From: a virus
IMG/VR virus record: IMGVR_UViG_3300033047_000016
Reading direction: 5' to 3' (one strand)
Length of the DNA: 64,000 nucleotides
Positions 43,870 through 53,417 of this stretch are shown here, piece by piece. The notes beneath the pieces were generated by a model that worked only from the letters and a program-made list of their open reading frames with translations, had not been told where the DNA came from and did no database searches. The translations under genes were made by a program, and so were the position numbers. Within the stretch, counting starts at the first letter, position 1. Each line of letters begins with the position of its first letter.

Positions 43870-44676
43870 ATGAGTAATTCACTGGTAGATCAGTCTGCAC
43901 AGAACGCAGTAATGAACCACGAAGGCGCTGACCCGTTCAGCGCAGGCGCGGAAGCCGGAATGTCCACCTACGTTAAGTTTCGTGGGGCCAGCGGCGAGTA
44001 TCTCGCAGGTTCGGACGAAGACGAAATCGCCCACGGTACTAAGTTCATCGCGAACATCTTTGAAGCGCGTTGGATTTGGTCGTTCTGGTGGGATGGCAAG
44101 GTGATGGGAACGGTTGATGAACTCCTTCGGGAACAACCGTTGCTGAATAAGCACATGCCAGACTTCTTGCCGGATGATCCTGAAGGCGACATTGATATGA
44201 CGCTGGACGAAATCCGCAAGATGCAGAAGGAAGACCCGGCTAATTTCCGGGACGGGTGGAGCATCCAAGCTTCGTTCGAAATGCTGTCCATGGACGGCAA
44301 CGACGAGGAATACACCATGCGCTTGGGTGGAGGAGTCAGCATTCGCGGCTTTGATGCACTGCGTAAGGCGTTTGGTCGTCGTTACAAGATCGAGGCCGGT
44401 AAAGACCCGGTTATCGAACTGACGACTAACAAGTACAAGTCGAAAGTGAAGGGTGTTGGTACTCGCCACGCCCCTGTGATGAAGATTGTTGACTGGCTGT
44501 CGCCGGAAGACATGATGGCCGCGACTGGCGAAAATGATGCAGACTATGATGATGATGTGGCGGACGCTCCGGCACAAGAGTCAGAAAAGGTAGCGGATAC
44601 GCCAGCAACGGAGAAAAGTGAGGCCCCCACAGGCCGCGCCGGACGCCGGGGTGCGCGCACCAAGAATCTTGGTTGA
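43870..44676 (+). CDS. probable single-stranded DNA-binding protein
   Basis: Replication-cluster position; YVKF..G.Y, PVIEL..Y, P.MKIVDW; acidic tail. Confidence 0.65.
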   Translation: MSNSLVDQSAQNAVMNHEGADPFSAGAEAGMSTYVKFRGASGEYLAGSDEDEIAHGTKFIANIFEARWIWSFWWDGKVMGTVDELLREQPLLNKHMPDFLPDDPEGDIDMTLDEIRKMQKEDPANFRDGWSIQASFEMLSMDGNDEEYTMRLGGGVSIRGFDALRKAFGRRYKIEAGKDPVIELTTNKYKSKVKGVGTRHAPVMKIVDWLSPEDMMAATGENDADYDDDVADAPAQESEKVADTPATEKSEAPTGRAGRRGARTKNLG

Positions 44677-44729
44677 CACGTAGATTCTAATGAAATAAGG
44701 TAAGCCCATCCCGACATGGGCTTACCTTA
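44673..44729 (+). promoter_or_regulatory. promoter overlapped by a 14-bp perfect inverted repeat
   Basis: TTGACA-N17-TAAGGT; TAAGGTAAGCCCAT-CCCGAC-ATGGGCTTACCTTA at 44696-44729. Confidence 0.65.
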
Positions 44730-44751
44730 ATCACATCACAAGGAGATAACT

Positions 44752-45066
44752 ATGTTTATTACACCAAAGACCGTGGCCCAAGCAATCGCGCCATTTGAGA
44801 AGATCAAGACCAACTTGAAGATTGTTCTGGATGCACAGCGTGCACGGAAGGCTAGTGCGGAAAGTCGTATCAAGACCGCCCGCGCAACCGTTAAGCAGGT
44901 CGAGAACACCGAGAATGCAACAATCAAGTCCGCCGTGGAAGAAGAACTCCGCGCCGCAGCCTTGATCGCAAATCTCGAAAAGTTGTTCAGTGCTGACGCT
45001 CCCGTCAATGTTGATGCCATGTCGCCATCCAAAAAGGCCGACGCCGGACACAAACTGGAAAGCTAA
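44752..45066 (+). CDS. coiled-coil hypothetical protein
   Basis: AAGGAG RBS. Confidence 0.7.
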   Translation: MFITPKTVAQAIAPFEKIKTNLKIVLDAQRARKASAESRIKTARATVKQVENTENATIKSAVEEELRAAALIANLEKLFSADAPVNVDAMSPSKKADAGHKLES

Positions 45067-45070
45067 GCAA

Positions 45071-46462
45071 ATGGGCATTACGCTTACAGATCATCAGTGG
45101 GCCGCTGTGAAGCGGGCCGCTGATTGGTATGAGAATGCCAGTCAGCACTACGAACCGAGTTATGATCGGTTCTTCGGAGACACAACAGAAGATAGTTCAG
45201 TCGTTGGCCAGTCTTTTGTGTTCGCAGGATATGCCGGATCGGGTAAATCAACCTGTGTTGGCACAATGATCGACCACCTGAAATTGACCGAAGAACAGGT
45301 CATGTACATGGCACCGACAGGCAAGGCGGCGAAAGTCTTGACCGGTAAGCTGCGTGCTGATGGGTGGAACCAACCGGCTACGACAATCCACAAAGCTATT
45401 TATATGCCGCGTGGAGCCAAGGCTGACGTTATCCAAAAGGATTTGGAAGCAGCAGAAATGGCACTCGAAACGCGCCGTGACGCCGACAGTGATGCTGACG
45501 ACAGATTCGAGGCTATGTCAGATCGAGAGCTTGAAGTGCGTGTGGCAGAACTTGAAAATGCACTGCGTGAAGCAATGGATTCTGAGGGACCATCATTCGC
45601 CCTCAAGCGCCCAGAGGATATACCTCCGGGAATCAAGCTATTCGTTGTTGATGAAGCGTCAATGGTAGGCACAGAAGTGGCCAACGATCTTCTACGATTC
45701 AACGTCCCTGTGCTGGCTATCGGCGACCCCGGACAGTTGCCGCCCGTGGCAGACGAGTGGGGTTTTGCCATGGAAGAACCAGACGTTTTCCTGACAGAAA
45801 TTCATCGGCAAGCTGCTGACAATCCGATAATTCGGCTGGCGACGCTGGCGCGAAAGGGTGAGTTGTTGCGCCCCGGTGACTACGGTGATGGTGTGAAGGT
45901 CGTGAAGAGGCAAGACGACGACGTTACCCTAAACATGGATCGTGATGCCATGATACTTGTTGGCACACACAAAAAGCGGTGGATGATCACCAAGAAAATT
46001 CGGGCGGCTTTAGGTATCACTGCCACCGGCCCGATGGCTGGTGAACCAATCTTGGTGAACAAGAACTCTCGCCAATTCCCATCACTGGTAAACGGTACCA
46101 TCCTCATGAACACGACTGATCACGGAGACTTGATCGGCGGAAACACTCGTATTAAACTGGACCTTTTGGACCCAGAGGCGGAGAACCTTCCGTACGGATT
46201 GTGGGGCGCGCAGTGCTTCTTTGAAGAGCACTTGTTCCGCAAGCGCAACAGCTATAGTGGGTCACCACAAGAAGTGTTTCGCGCTAAGGTATCGTGTGAG
46301 CAAATGGATTGGGGCCACGTGCTGACGGTCCACAAGTCGCAGGGATCGGAATGGGACGACGTTGTCGTGCACGACGAAAGTGGTGTGTTCAGGGATCAAG
46401 GGGCGCGGTGGCTGTATACTGGAATCACGCGTGCGGCAAAGCAGCTAACGGTGGTGATATGA
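45071..46462 (+). CDS. SF1B RecD/Dda-like helicase
   Basis: GYAGSGKST, APTGKAA, VDEASM, GDPGQLPPV, HKSQGSE and YTGITRA motifs. Confidence 0.93.
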   Translation: MGITLTDHQWAAVKRAADWYENASQHYEPSYDRFFGDTTEDSSVVGQSFVFAGYAGSGKSTCVGTMIDHLKLTEEQVMYMAPTGKAAKVLTGKLRADGWNQPATTIHKAIYMPRGAKADVIQKDLEAAEMALETRRDADSDADDRFEAMSDRELEVRVAELENALREAMDSEGPSFALKRPEDIPPGIKLFVVDEASMVGTEVANDLLRFNVPVLAIGDPGQLPPVADEWGFAMEEPDVFLTEIHRQAADNPIIRLATLARKGELLRPGDYGDGVKVVKRQDDDVTLNMDRDAMILVGTHKKRWMITKKIRAALGITATGPMAGEPILVNKNSRQFPSLVNGTILMNTTDHGDLIGGNTRIKLDLLDPEAENLPYGLWGAQCFFEEHLFRKRNSYSGSPQEVFRAKVSCEQMDWGHVLTVHKSQGSEWDDVVVHDESGVFRDQGARWLYTGITRAAKQLTVVI

Positions 46463-46662
46463 TACAAGAAGAAGACGTTGAATATATTCGCAAGAATACA
46501 GACATGCTGGGAACGGTATTAAGTGTTGACTCCGATGATTTGGCTGTATACATTCAAGACCTAAGTGAACTGGTACTGAAAATGGCCGCACAAATTAAAG
46601 AACAGCAAGCGAAACTAACATCGCTTGAGAACCGCCTATGGATGGCAATGAACGAAGGTTAA
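46459..46662 (+). CDS. hypothetical coiled-coil protein
   Basis: ATGA overlap with previous gene. Confidence 0.6.
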   Translation: MIQEEDVEYIRKNTDMLGTVLSVDSDDLAVYIQDLSELVLKMAAQIKEQQAKLTSLENRLWMAMNEG

Positions 46663-46664
46663 CT

Positions 46665-47348
46665 ATGACGACACCTATTGTAGTGGCATTCACTGGGAAG
46701 CGCGGTTCTGGTAAATCCGAAGCGGCGCGAGTTCTGGTAGAGAAACTTGGTTTCCGTGAACTTAAATTTGCGGACCAATTGAAGAACATGCTTCGCGCCA
46801 TGTACCAGACATGTGGCGTTGATGTTAACACGGTCGAACGCAAGATCGAGGGCGACCTAAAAGAGGTTCCGTGTGAATGGCTTATGGGGAAGACTCCACG
46901 CTATGCCATGCAAACACTTGGCACTGAATGGCGCAACATGATCAACACACAGTTGTGGTCAGAAATGTTCAGGAAGGCTGTTCTGTCTGGTAATCTTGGA
47001 GACAGGATCGTTTGTTCTGATTATCGCTTCGAGCACGAAGGGGTGATTCTAGATGAGCTTGGTGCCGTCAAATATCGCATCGTTCGCCCGACCGCTGACG
47101 CGGTCTCAGATAAAGCATCACAGCACGCATCTGAAACGGAGCTTGATAATATCCCTACAGACTTCGACATCATAAATGACAGAAGTATCGGTGATCTACA
47201 AGTATCCGTGCTGGAACTAGTCATGGATGGAATGAAAATTAGTGGTATCAATGTGTTTCCAACACGTTACCCAGAGGGTGGGTGCATGTCCAAACCACTA
47301 GACGAAGACTGGTTTAAACACAATCATCAAACAGTTCGGATAGACTGA
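46665..47348 (+). CDS. deoxynucleoside monophosphate kinase
   Basis: GKRGSGKS, FADQLK, PRYAMQTLGTEW, DYRF..E and HASE motifs. Confidence 0.92.
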   Translation: MTTPIVVAFTGKRGSGKSEAARVLVEKLGFRELKFADQLKNMLRAMYQTCGVDVNTVERKIEGDLKEVPCEWLMGKTPRYAMQTLGTEWRNMINTQLWSEMFRKAVLSGNLGDRIVCSDYRFEHEGVILDELGAVKYRIVRPTADAVSDKASQHASETELDNIPTDFDIINDRSIGDLQVSVLELVMDGMKISGINVFPTRYPEGGCMSKPLDEDWFKHNHQTVRID

Positions 47349-47824
47349 TGTACCGAAACGACTCGATAACTGCTACCCAGATCGAAGACGCTCTATTCAA
47401 GAGACACGACAAAGATATGTGTTTTCGCGAATTACGCCTGTCGTCTGGGTTTGCAAATCAGAGTCGTGTTGATTTCTTGGCGCTGAACGTCGCCCCTTCT
47501 ACAGGCAATAAGGTAGATGCGTACGAGATTAAAATCTCTCGCGCCGACTTTCGCCGGGATTCCTTCATCAAACAGCGCGGCGCTAGACTGTTTTCTGATC
47601 GGTTCTGGTACATCGCCCCGGTTGATATAATCCCTCGCGACGAGATTCCAGATTGGGCTGGATTGCTTGAGATTGACTGGCACTGTTACAAATATACCAG
47701 TTCCAAACCTTTCTTAAGAATTAAAGAGGTGATTTCTGCGCCTAAGCGTGATAAGGACATCCCAGCATGGGGCCTTGTTGTGTCAATGGTACGCAACGCA
47801 GTGAAGGAGAGTAATCGTGAATGA
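47348..47824 (+). CDS. MmcB-like PD-(D/E)XK protein
   Basis: E...RVD...YEIKISRADF..D...F....P......EIPDWAGL. Confidence 0.75.
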   Translation: MYRNDSITATQIEDALFKRHDKDMCFRELRLSSGFANQSRVDFLALNVAPSTGNKVDAYEIKISRADFRRDSFIKQRGARLFSDRFWYIAPVDIIPRDEIPDWAGLLEIDWHCYKYTSSKPFLRIKEVISAPKRDKDIPAWGLVVSMVRNAVKESNRE

Positions 47825-48068
47825 TGCGGAATTCAGCATAGCCGGAGAGCTTAGAGAGTGGCGTAAGCACGTATGCCGGTCTGATGGAACATACGTGCTA
47901 TGGGGCTTCATTTACGACGACGTTCGTAACAGATTTCCAGATGGTCAGTGGGTGCACACCTCCCGCATTGATAATATTGTTGGGGACTTGGCCTACACAT
48001 TTACTGGATCGGTCTACCGATTGGTCGGAGATAAGGCAGGAGAGGACGTTAACATATGGGCATCCTGA
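47817..48068 (+). CDS. conserved small phage protein
   Basis: WG.IY.D...RF.DG...HTS...T.S.YRL. Confidence 0.7.
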   Translation: MNDAEFSIAGELREWRKHVCRSDGTYVLWGFIYDDVRNRFPDGQWVHTSRIDNIVGDLAYTFTGSVYRLVGDKAGEDVNIWAS

Positions 48069-48406
48069 AATTAGCTGCACTGTTGTTTGTTGGGGCATGC
48101 GCGTCAGCGCCTGCCTACGCCGGAAATGATCAATTGATACACTTCATCTGTGAGACACCAGACGAAGTTATTCCAGTGATCCACATGGTTGAAGGTGGTG
48201 ACCTTGTATATGGAATCACCGATCTACCCGGATCGTGTCAGTGGGCCAGAGACGTATATCCAGAAATGCACGCCCGCGTGGGTTCGATTGGAAAGTTATT
48301 TGAAAGCGTCCGTCTGGATAATGGCGACCGTGTGTGGGTCGGAGAAGTTACCATGCCTAATGGCAAGGTCCATTACTCGGCAGGATATTACAATTTAGTG
48401 TCTTAG
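48056..48406 (+). CDS. putative exported protein
   Basis: Signal-peptide-like N-terminus. Confidence 0.6.
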   Translation: MGILKLAALLFVGACASAPAYAGNDQLIHFICETPDEVIPVIHMVEGGDLVYGITDLPGSCQWARDVYPEMHARVGSIGKLFESVRLDNGDRVWVGEVTMPNGKVHYSAGYYNLVS

Positions 48407-48415
48407 GGGATACAC

Positions 48416-48670
48416 ATGATCGAGAGATTGCAGAGAGAGATACGCGAACGCGAAGAGCTTATTGCGAAGATTAGAAAAGAATGTGCCCACCCGGAGTCCG
48501 CCGTTGATATAGAGCCTACTTCGGTGCGCCACAGTGTATATGAAGACAGCGATGATGGATTCATTGGCGGATTTGTTGAAAAGACTCTGGAGGGCGAGCG
48601 GCACCATTGTGGCCTGTGTGGCAGCATCTGGACCATGGTGGATGGGGCGGTATGGACCAGAATGTGGTAA
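48416..48670 (+). CDS. hypothetical Zn-ribbon protein
   Basis: CAHP...CGLCG. Confidence 0.65.
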   Translation: MIERLQREIREREELIAKIRKECAHPESAVDIEPTSVRHSVYEDSDDGFIGGFVEKTLEGERHHCGLCGSIWTMVDGAVWTRMW

Positions 48671-48803
48671 CCGGACAAATAACCGGCAACAAACATCGGC
48701 AAAAATAGCTATTGACATCATTAAGCCTTTGTGCGAAAACATTAATACAGAAAACAAAGTCGGCAACGAACCGGCCAAACAACCGGCAAAATAAGTGGCA
48801 AAC
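48670..48803 (+). repeat. array of seven degenerate (A/T)CGGCAA repeats
   Basis: GG cores at 48673, 48685, 48698, 48762, 48773, 48785 and 48797 in an A-rich intergenic gap. Confidence 0.7.
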
Positions 48804-48808
48804 CAGAT

Positions 48809-49447
48809 ATGAAGACGTGCACCAAATGTCACATACCAGCGCCAGAAGTGGGTATTGGTACTAACAGATATTGGTGCAAGAAGTGTCGAGCCAAAGCCGC
48901 AAGAGACTCCCGAAAAAAGCCAGAGGTAAAGTCCAAGTCCAAGTCCAAGTCCAAGTTAAAACTTAAGCGTCTATCTGAAATAACCGATACAGAAAAGACG
49001 TGTGTAGACTGTCGTGAGTGGAAGGCACATAGTGAGTTTCACAAAAGCAAGAGAGGGCGGAGAGGGCTAAGCGCTTACTGTAAACCCTGTGTGAAGAAAA
49101 GATATTATGATGCAGATAAAAGTCGAGAAGCCTCTACCCGGTACAGAAAAAACCATCCAGAAAGACGCAGATCGCAGCAAAGGCTATATCAATTCAAGAG
49201 GCGCACTCAGATAGAAATAACGAGTGACAAGTCTGTGACCGATGCCTTCTTAAAACAATTGTATGCCCAAACGCATTGCCATTATTGCAAAAAACCTATA
49301 CAACGAAAGCATAGAACCGCAGATCACAAGACTCCGCTATCCAGAAATGGTGCGCACACGGCGACAAATTTAACGATGGCGTGTGGAACATGCAACAGTA
49401 AAAAAAGAAACCTAACAGAACAAGAGTTCAAGGACAAAACAGAATGA
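48809..49447 (+). mobile_element. HNH endonuclease with Zn-ribbon repeats
   Basis: KTC..C repeats; CHYC...TADHKTPLSRNGAH...NL..AC..CN..K. Confidence 0.88.
48929..48956 (+). repeat. in-frame hexamer microsatellite (AAGTCC)4
   Basis: Encodes KSKSKSKSK. Confidence 0.9.
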
Positions 49448-50397
49448 CAATAACAGCAAAAGTTATCGCCGATAGTATCGGCCCAAACACCTCCCGCCTC
49501 ACCACCTTTCAATTGAAATACCCACGGTTCATTCATGCTGAATTTTTAACTCACCGCCAGTTTAGCCGGAACGCATCGTCCAGTCGAGCCATCCCTGTTG
49601 AGAAGCAAATTCAGATGATCCGCGAAGACACAGCGATGCCTATTCATTGGGGCAAGAATCAGAAGGGCATGCAGGCGGACGAGGCAACCGATGCACCAGT
49701 CAATCTGTGTAAAGCAACACAAGGATACGACCGAGTATACAGAGATTTCACGGCGCAGGAAGCGTGGCTTGAAGCCCGCGACCGGGCGATTGAGGTTGCT
49801 GAAGCTTTTGTTAAGGCGGGTTACCACAAGCAAATCGTCAACCGCATTCTCGAACCATTTTCTCACATTGTTGTAGTGGTCACAGCGAGTCAGTACGACA
49901 ATTTCTTTGCATTACGTTGCCACCCAGACGCCCAGCCGGAGATTCGGGCACTGGCTGACGCTATGTATGCTGCGAGAGATTCGTCAATACCGCGCTACCT
50001 TCCCGTTGCTCTGGATTCAAGAGAACAATTAACAACATCAAATTGGCATTTGCCATATGTAACTGAGCAGGAACAAATCCAAAATCAGCATGAACCTTCC
50101 GTGTATCCGATAGGCAATTTAATCAAGTGCAGCGCCGCACGTTGCGCGCGTGTGAGCTATCTGACACATGATGGGGCCTCTCCATCCTTAGAAGCTGACT
50201 TGGCACTGCACGACCGCCTTGTTGGGTCTCAGCCTATTCACGCGTCCCCTACAGAACACCAAGCAACGCCTGACACCAGAATATGGGTCGAAGACCTAGA
50301 TATGTGGGAGCACCCATACTTGCATGGCAACCTCAGTGGGTGGCAGCAATATCGCAAGATGATTGATGGAGAATGTGTCGCCACCTACGTCCGATGA
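49444..50397 (+). CDS. thyX: flavin-dependent thymidylate synthase
   Basis: THRQFSRNASSSRA, HKQIVNR.LEPF, LR.HPDAQPEI, SAARCARVSY and HASP.EH motifs. Confidence 0.93.
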   Translation: MTITAKVIADSIGPNTSRLTTFQLKYPRFIHAEFLTHRQFSRNASSSRAIPVEKQIQMIREDTAMPIHWGKNQKGMQADEATDAPVNLCKATQGYDRVYRDFTAQEAWLEARDRAIEVAEAFVKAGYHKQIVNRILEPFSHIVVVVTASQYDNFFALRCHPDAQPEIRALADAMYAARDSSIPRYLPVALDSREQLTTSNWHLPYVTEQEQIQNQHEPSVYPIGNLIKCSAARCARVSYLTHDGASPSLEADLALHDRLVGSQPIHASPTEHQATPDTRIWVEDLDMWEHPYLHGNLSGWQQYRKMIDGECVATYVR

Positions 50398-50639
50398 AGG
50401 CCACGATAACCTTCACTGACCGGGGTGCTAGGACGGTAGAATTCGACCTAGATATCGACGTTCCAGATGAGGACAAAGACTTGGATCGCCCAACTCCGGC
50501 GGCGATCCTGTCCCTCGCCACCAAGGCCATGTTCGAAAACGGAATGCTCGCAAGGGCTGGGCAAATAGCATTGGAGGGCGCTTCAGATGGGATAAACCCG
50601 GCAGACGCAATCAAAGCGCACTTTAAAGAGAATAAATAA
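50394..50639 (+). CDS. hypothetical protein
   Basis: ATGA overlap with previous gene. Confidence 0.6.
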   Translation: MKATITFTDRGARTVEFDLDIDVPDEDKDLDRPTPAAILSLATKAMFENGMLARAGQIALEGASDGINPADAIKAHFKENK

Positions 50640-50640
50640 A

Positions 50641-50997
50641 ATGACAGCACCAACACGTGACGATCTTATAAATTTACGTGAGACTGAGGGCATGACGCGA
50701 GAACAAATCGCTAAGCATTACAATGTAAGTCTCACAACGGTACGCCGCTGGATCAAAGACATGAACATACCACGCCCGACCAAGCAGGCGCGGAACACAC
50801 ACGCGAGCCACCTAACAAGATTTGGAGAGATTGTCGCTGAACCCGATGATGGGATCACGGTAATGGAGCGCGCAGAAACTATTCTTGGTGCACGGCTCAC
50901 TGTACGGCGTGGGTATGGATATTACCTAGATGGTAAACCAGCCAATACGGAAAAGGTAATTCGCACGGCTGGGCTAAAATTTAAGGATGAGAAATGA
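50641..50997 (+). CDS. helix-turn-helix DNA-binding protein
   Basis: GMTREQIAKHYNVSLTTVRRWI. Confidence 0.8.
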   Translation: MTAPTRDDLINLRETEGMTREQIAKHYNVSLTTVRRWIKDMNIPRPTKQARNTHASHLTRFGEIVAEPDDGITVMERAETILGARLTVRRGYGYYLDGKPANTEKVIRTAGLKFKDEK

Positions 50998-51203
50998 CTA
51001 TGAACATCGAGAGAACATCGGACGAGTGGTTGGCACAACCAGCGTTTTCAGGGGTACTTATAATGGACCCAGACGGTTGGGACCGAAAGAATCTGGAACA
51101 AAGTTGGGGCGAGAAGATTACACAACGAGAGTTTGAATCTCGCATGATTCGGAGTACTGTGCAAATTCTACCAGACAGCCCGATGCACCCAAGAAATATG
51201 TGA
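50994..51203 (+). CDS. conserved small phage protein
   Basis: IMDPDGWDR....SW.E.IT..EF..R...ST. Confidence 0.7.
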   Translation: MTMNIERTSDEWLAQPAFSGVLIMDPDGWDRKNLEQSWGEKITQREFESRMIRSTVQILPDSPMHPRNM

Positions 51204-51237
51204 AACATAACCCTGTGGCTCTTGACAGTGGTTTAGT

Positions 51238-51344
51238 TTGACTCTGGCTAATTATTGGCCTACGTTACTAGAACATGCTACCAGTGTAGCAACCCCCACA
51301 ACCTATTGTGCCGTAACACGCGCCGACCGGCCTGCGTGACGGCA
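51238..51344 (+). promoter_or_regulatory. nrdJ promoter and leader with NrdR-box-like site and hairpins
   Basis: TTGACT-N17-TACGTT; CACAACCTATTGTG at 51297-51310; stem at 51309-51344. Confidence 0.5.
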
Positions 51345-51368
51345 TCTTTTGTTCAATTGGAGAACTTC

Positions 51369-53417
51369 ATGACAAACCAGAGTATCCGCGCGCAGATTGT
51401 CGAGCGCCGCACTTACTTACGTCCAACCAATTCAAGCGGTACTGAATTTGAGACGCCGAAACAAGCATGGCGCAGAGTTATCAACCACCAGCATTGGCTG
51501 TGGGAGCGAGCTAAAGGTGAACCTCTGGACATTGTGGAACTGGCTGAACTTGAAGAGCTTTATGGATTATTCATGAGCCGAAAAGTTACTGTGTCCGGGC
51601 GCACGCGCTGGCTTGGCGGTACAGATGTTGCTAAAAAGCGCGAATCTTCGCAATTTAATTGTGCGTTCGGTGAAGTCCAGACCGTACACGATGTGGTCGA
51701 TACGATCTGGTTGTTGCTGCAAGGCTGTGGCGTCGGGTTCCGGGCTAATGTTGGTGTTCTAAATGGATTCACTGTACACATTGACGAGATTGAGATTGTT
51801 CGGTCAACCAAAGTATTGCCGCGCGACAAAGACGGCAATCCTATTTCCGATACGGCGCTCAAAGGCAACCCAAAGAATGTAGAGACATTTGACAAAACCA
51901 CTGGCGTGTGGACCATCACGGTTGGGGACAGTGCCGAAGCTTGGGCAAAGTTTTTTGGAAAGATCATGGCGTTCAAAGGCCGCGCCAAGAAGCTTGTCGT
52001 AATTTGTTCTGAGATTCGTCCGGCTGGATATCGCTTGTCTGGTTACGGTTGGATTTCTTCTGGCGACTCTCAATTAATTCTCGCCGTCGAAGGAATCTTC
52101 GAAGTAATGAACCGTAGCGCTGGAAGAATCTTGTCAGCCATCGACGTGTTGGATATCGAGAATCACCTTGGAACCATCTTGTCTTCACGGCGCTCTGCGG
52201 AAATTGCATTGTACGAATACGGCGGTCCTGAGTGGGAAGCATTTGCAGTAGCAAAGAAAGATCACTTTGAGAAGGGTTTACCACATCGCGGCATGTCCAA
52301 CAACAGCCTCGTGTTTTATCACAAGCCAACCCGGCGTCAGTTGAATAAAATCTTCAAGATGATCGAGCAAGCTGGTGGGTCAGAACCCGGATTCATCAAC
52401 GGCGAAGCAGCACTAAAGCGTGCCCCTTATTTCAAGGGTGTCAATCCGTGCGCCGAGATTCTTCTCGGAGACAAATCATTCTGTAACTTGGTAGAAACGG
52501 CTGTGTCACGGTTCAACGGCGACGAGAAGGGGCTGCACCGCGCTCACTGGCTTATTGCCCGTGCAAACTACCGCCAGACATGCGTAAACTTGGACGACGG
52601 CGTCCTACAGCGCACATGGCACGAGTTGAATGAATTCCTGCGCCTGTGTGGTGTTGGTGTTACTGGCATCGTCGGCTGGGAGTTTCACAAGGACCCGGAA
52701 GCGTGGCAGGAGCTACGTGAGGTAGCCACCGACGGTGTCAACAGTATGGCAGACGAACTAGGTCTGCCACATGCTAAGCTGGTTACTACAGTCAAGCCCA
52801 GCGGCACACAGACAAAGGTGTTTGGACAGGTCGGGGACGAACTTGGTGAAGGTGCCCACAAGCCTATGGCGCGGTACATTTTCAACCGCATCAACTTCTC
52901 GAAGGACGATCCTATTGTCGCTGCATGCGCCGAAGCCGGATATGAGATAGCGGTCAACCCTTACGACGATACTGGAAGGATCATTACCATTCCAGTAGAA
53001 TTCACCGGCATGGAATTTGACACTGTTGAAATGGTGGTTGGAGGAGAGACTCGCACAGTTGAAGTGAACTTGGAAAGCGCAATCGACCAATTGGATCGCT
53101 ACAAGTTGCTCCAAGAGAATTACGTCGATCACAATTGCTCGATCACTGTGTCATATGATCTTGGCGAAGTGCCAGACATTGTTGATTGGTTGATGGACAA
53201 CTGGGACACCTACGTTGGGGTATCTTTCCTGTATCGGACAGACCCGACGAAGACTGCAAAAGACCTTGGCTTTCCATATTTGCCACAACAACCTGTGGAT
53301 GAGAAGACATACAACGATTACGTTCAAGTGCTTTCGACTGTTAATTTCGAAGGAACGGATCGTGATGAGCTATTGGATTTGGATGATTGCAGTTCCGGTA
53401 TGTGCCCAATAAGGTGA
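51369..53417 (+). CDS. nrdJ: class II (B12-dependent) ribonucleotide reductase
   Basis: RRTYLR, SGR, FNC, RRSAEI, NPCAEI, FCNL, TTVKPSGT, HNCSITV and C-terminal CSSGMCPIR. Confidence 0.93.
   Translation: MTNQSIRAQIVERRTYLRPTNSSGTEFETPKQAWRRVINHQHWLWERAKGEPLDIVELAELEELYGLFMSRKVTVSGRTRWLGGTDVAKKRESSQFNCAFGEVQTVHDVVDTIWLLLQGCGVGFRANVGVLNGFTVHIDEIEIVRSTKVLPRDKDGNPISDTALKGNPKNVETFDKTTGVWTITVGDSAEAWAKFFGKIMAFKGRAKKLVVICSEIRPAGYRLSGYGWISSGDSQLILAVEGIFEVMNRSAGRILSAIDVLDIENHLGTILSSRRSAEIALYEYGGPEWEAFAVAKKDHFEKGLPHRGMSNNSLVFYHKPTRRQLNKIFKMIEQAGGSEPGFINGEAALKRAPYFKGVNPCAEILLGDKSFCNLVETAVSRFNGDEKGLHRAHWLIARANYRQTCVNLDDGVLQRTWHELNEFLRLCGVGVTGIVGWEFHKDPEAWQELREVATDGVNSMADELGLPHAKLVTTVKPSGTQTKVFGQVGDELGEGAHKPMARYIFNRINFSKDDPIVAACAEAGYEIAVNPYDDTGRIITIPVEFTGMEFDTVEMVVGGETRTVEVNLESAIDQLDRYKLLQENYVDHNCSITVSYDLGEVPDIVDWLMDNWDTYVGVSFLYRTDPTKTAKDLGFPYLPQQPVDEKTYNDYVQVLSTVNFEGTDRDELLDLDDCSSGMCPIR

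Noticed and set aside
48670-48808. Repeat array as a mini-CRISPR
   Set aside because: Repeats are 6-10 bp and degenerate, with no spacer-length unique sequences
50641-50997. HTH protein as a phage GcrA
   Set aside because: Lacks the W...R...L..LW..G.S...IA..LG..RNAVIGK pattern and the C-terminal CxWP/YC motifs
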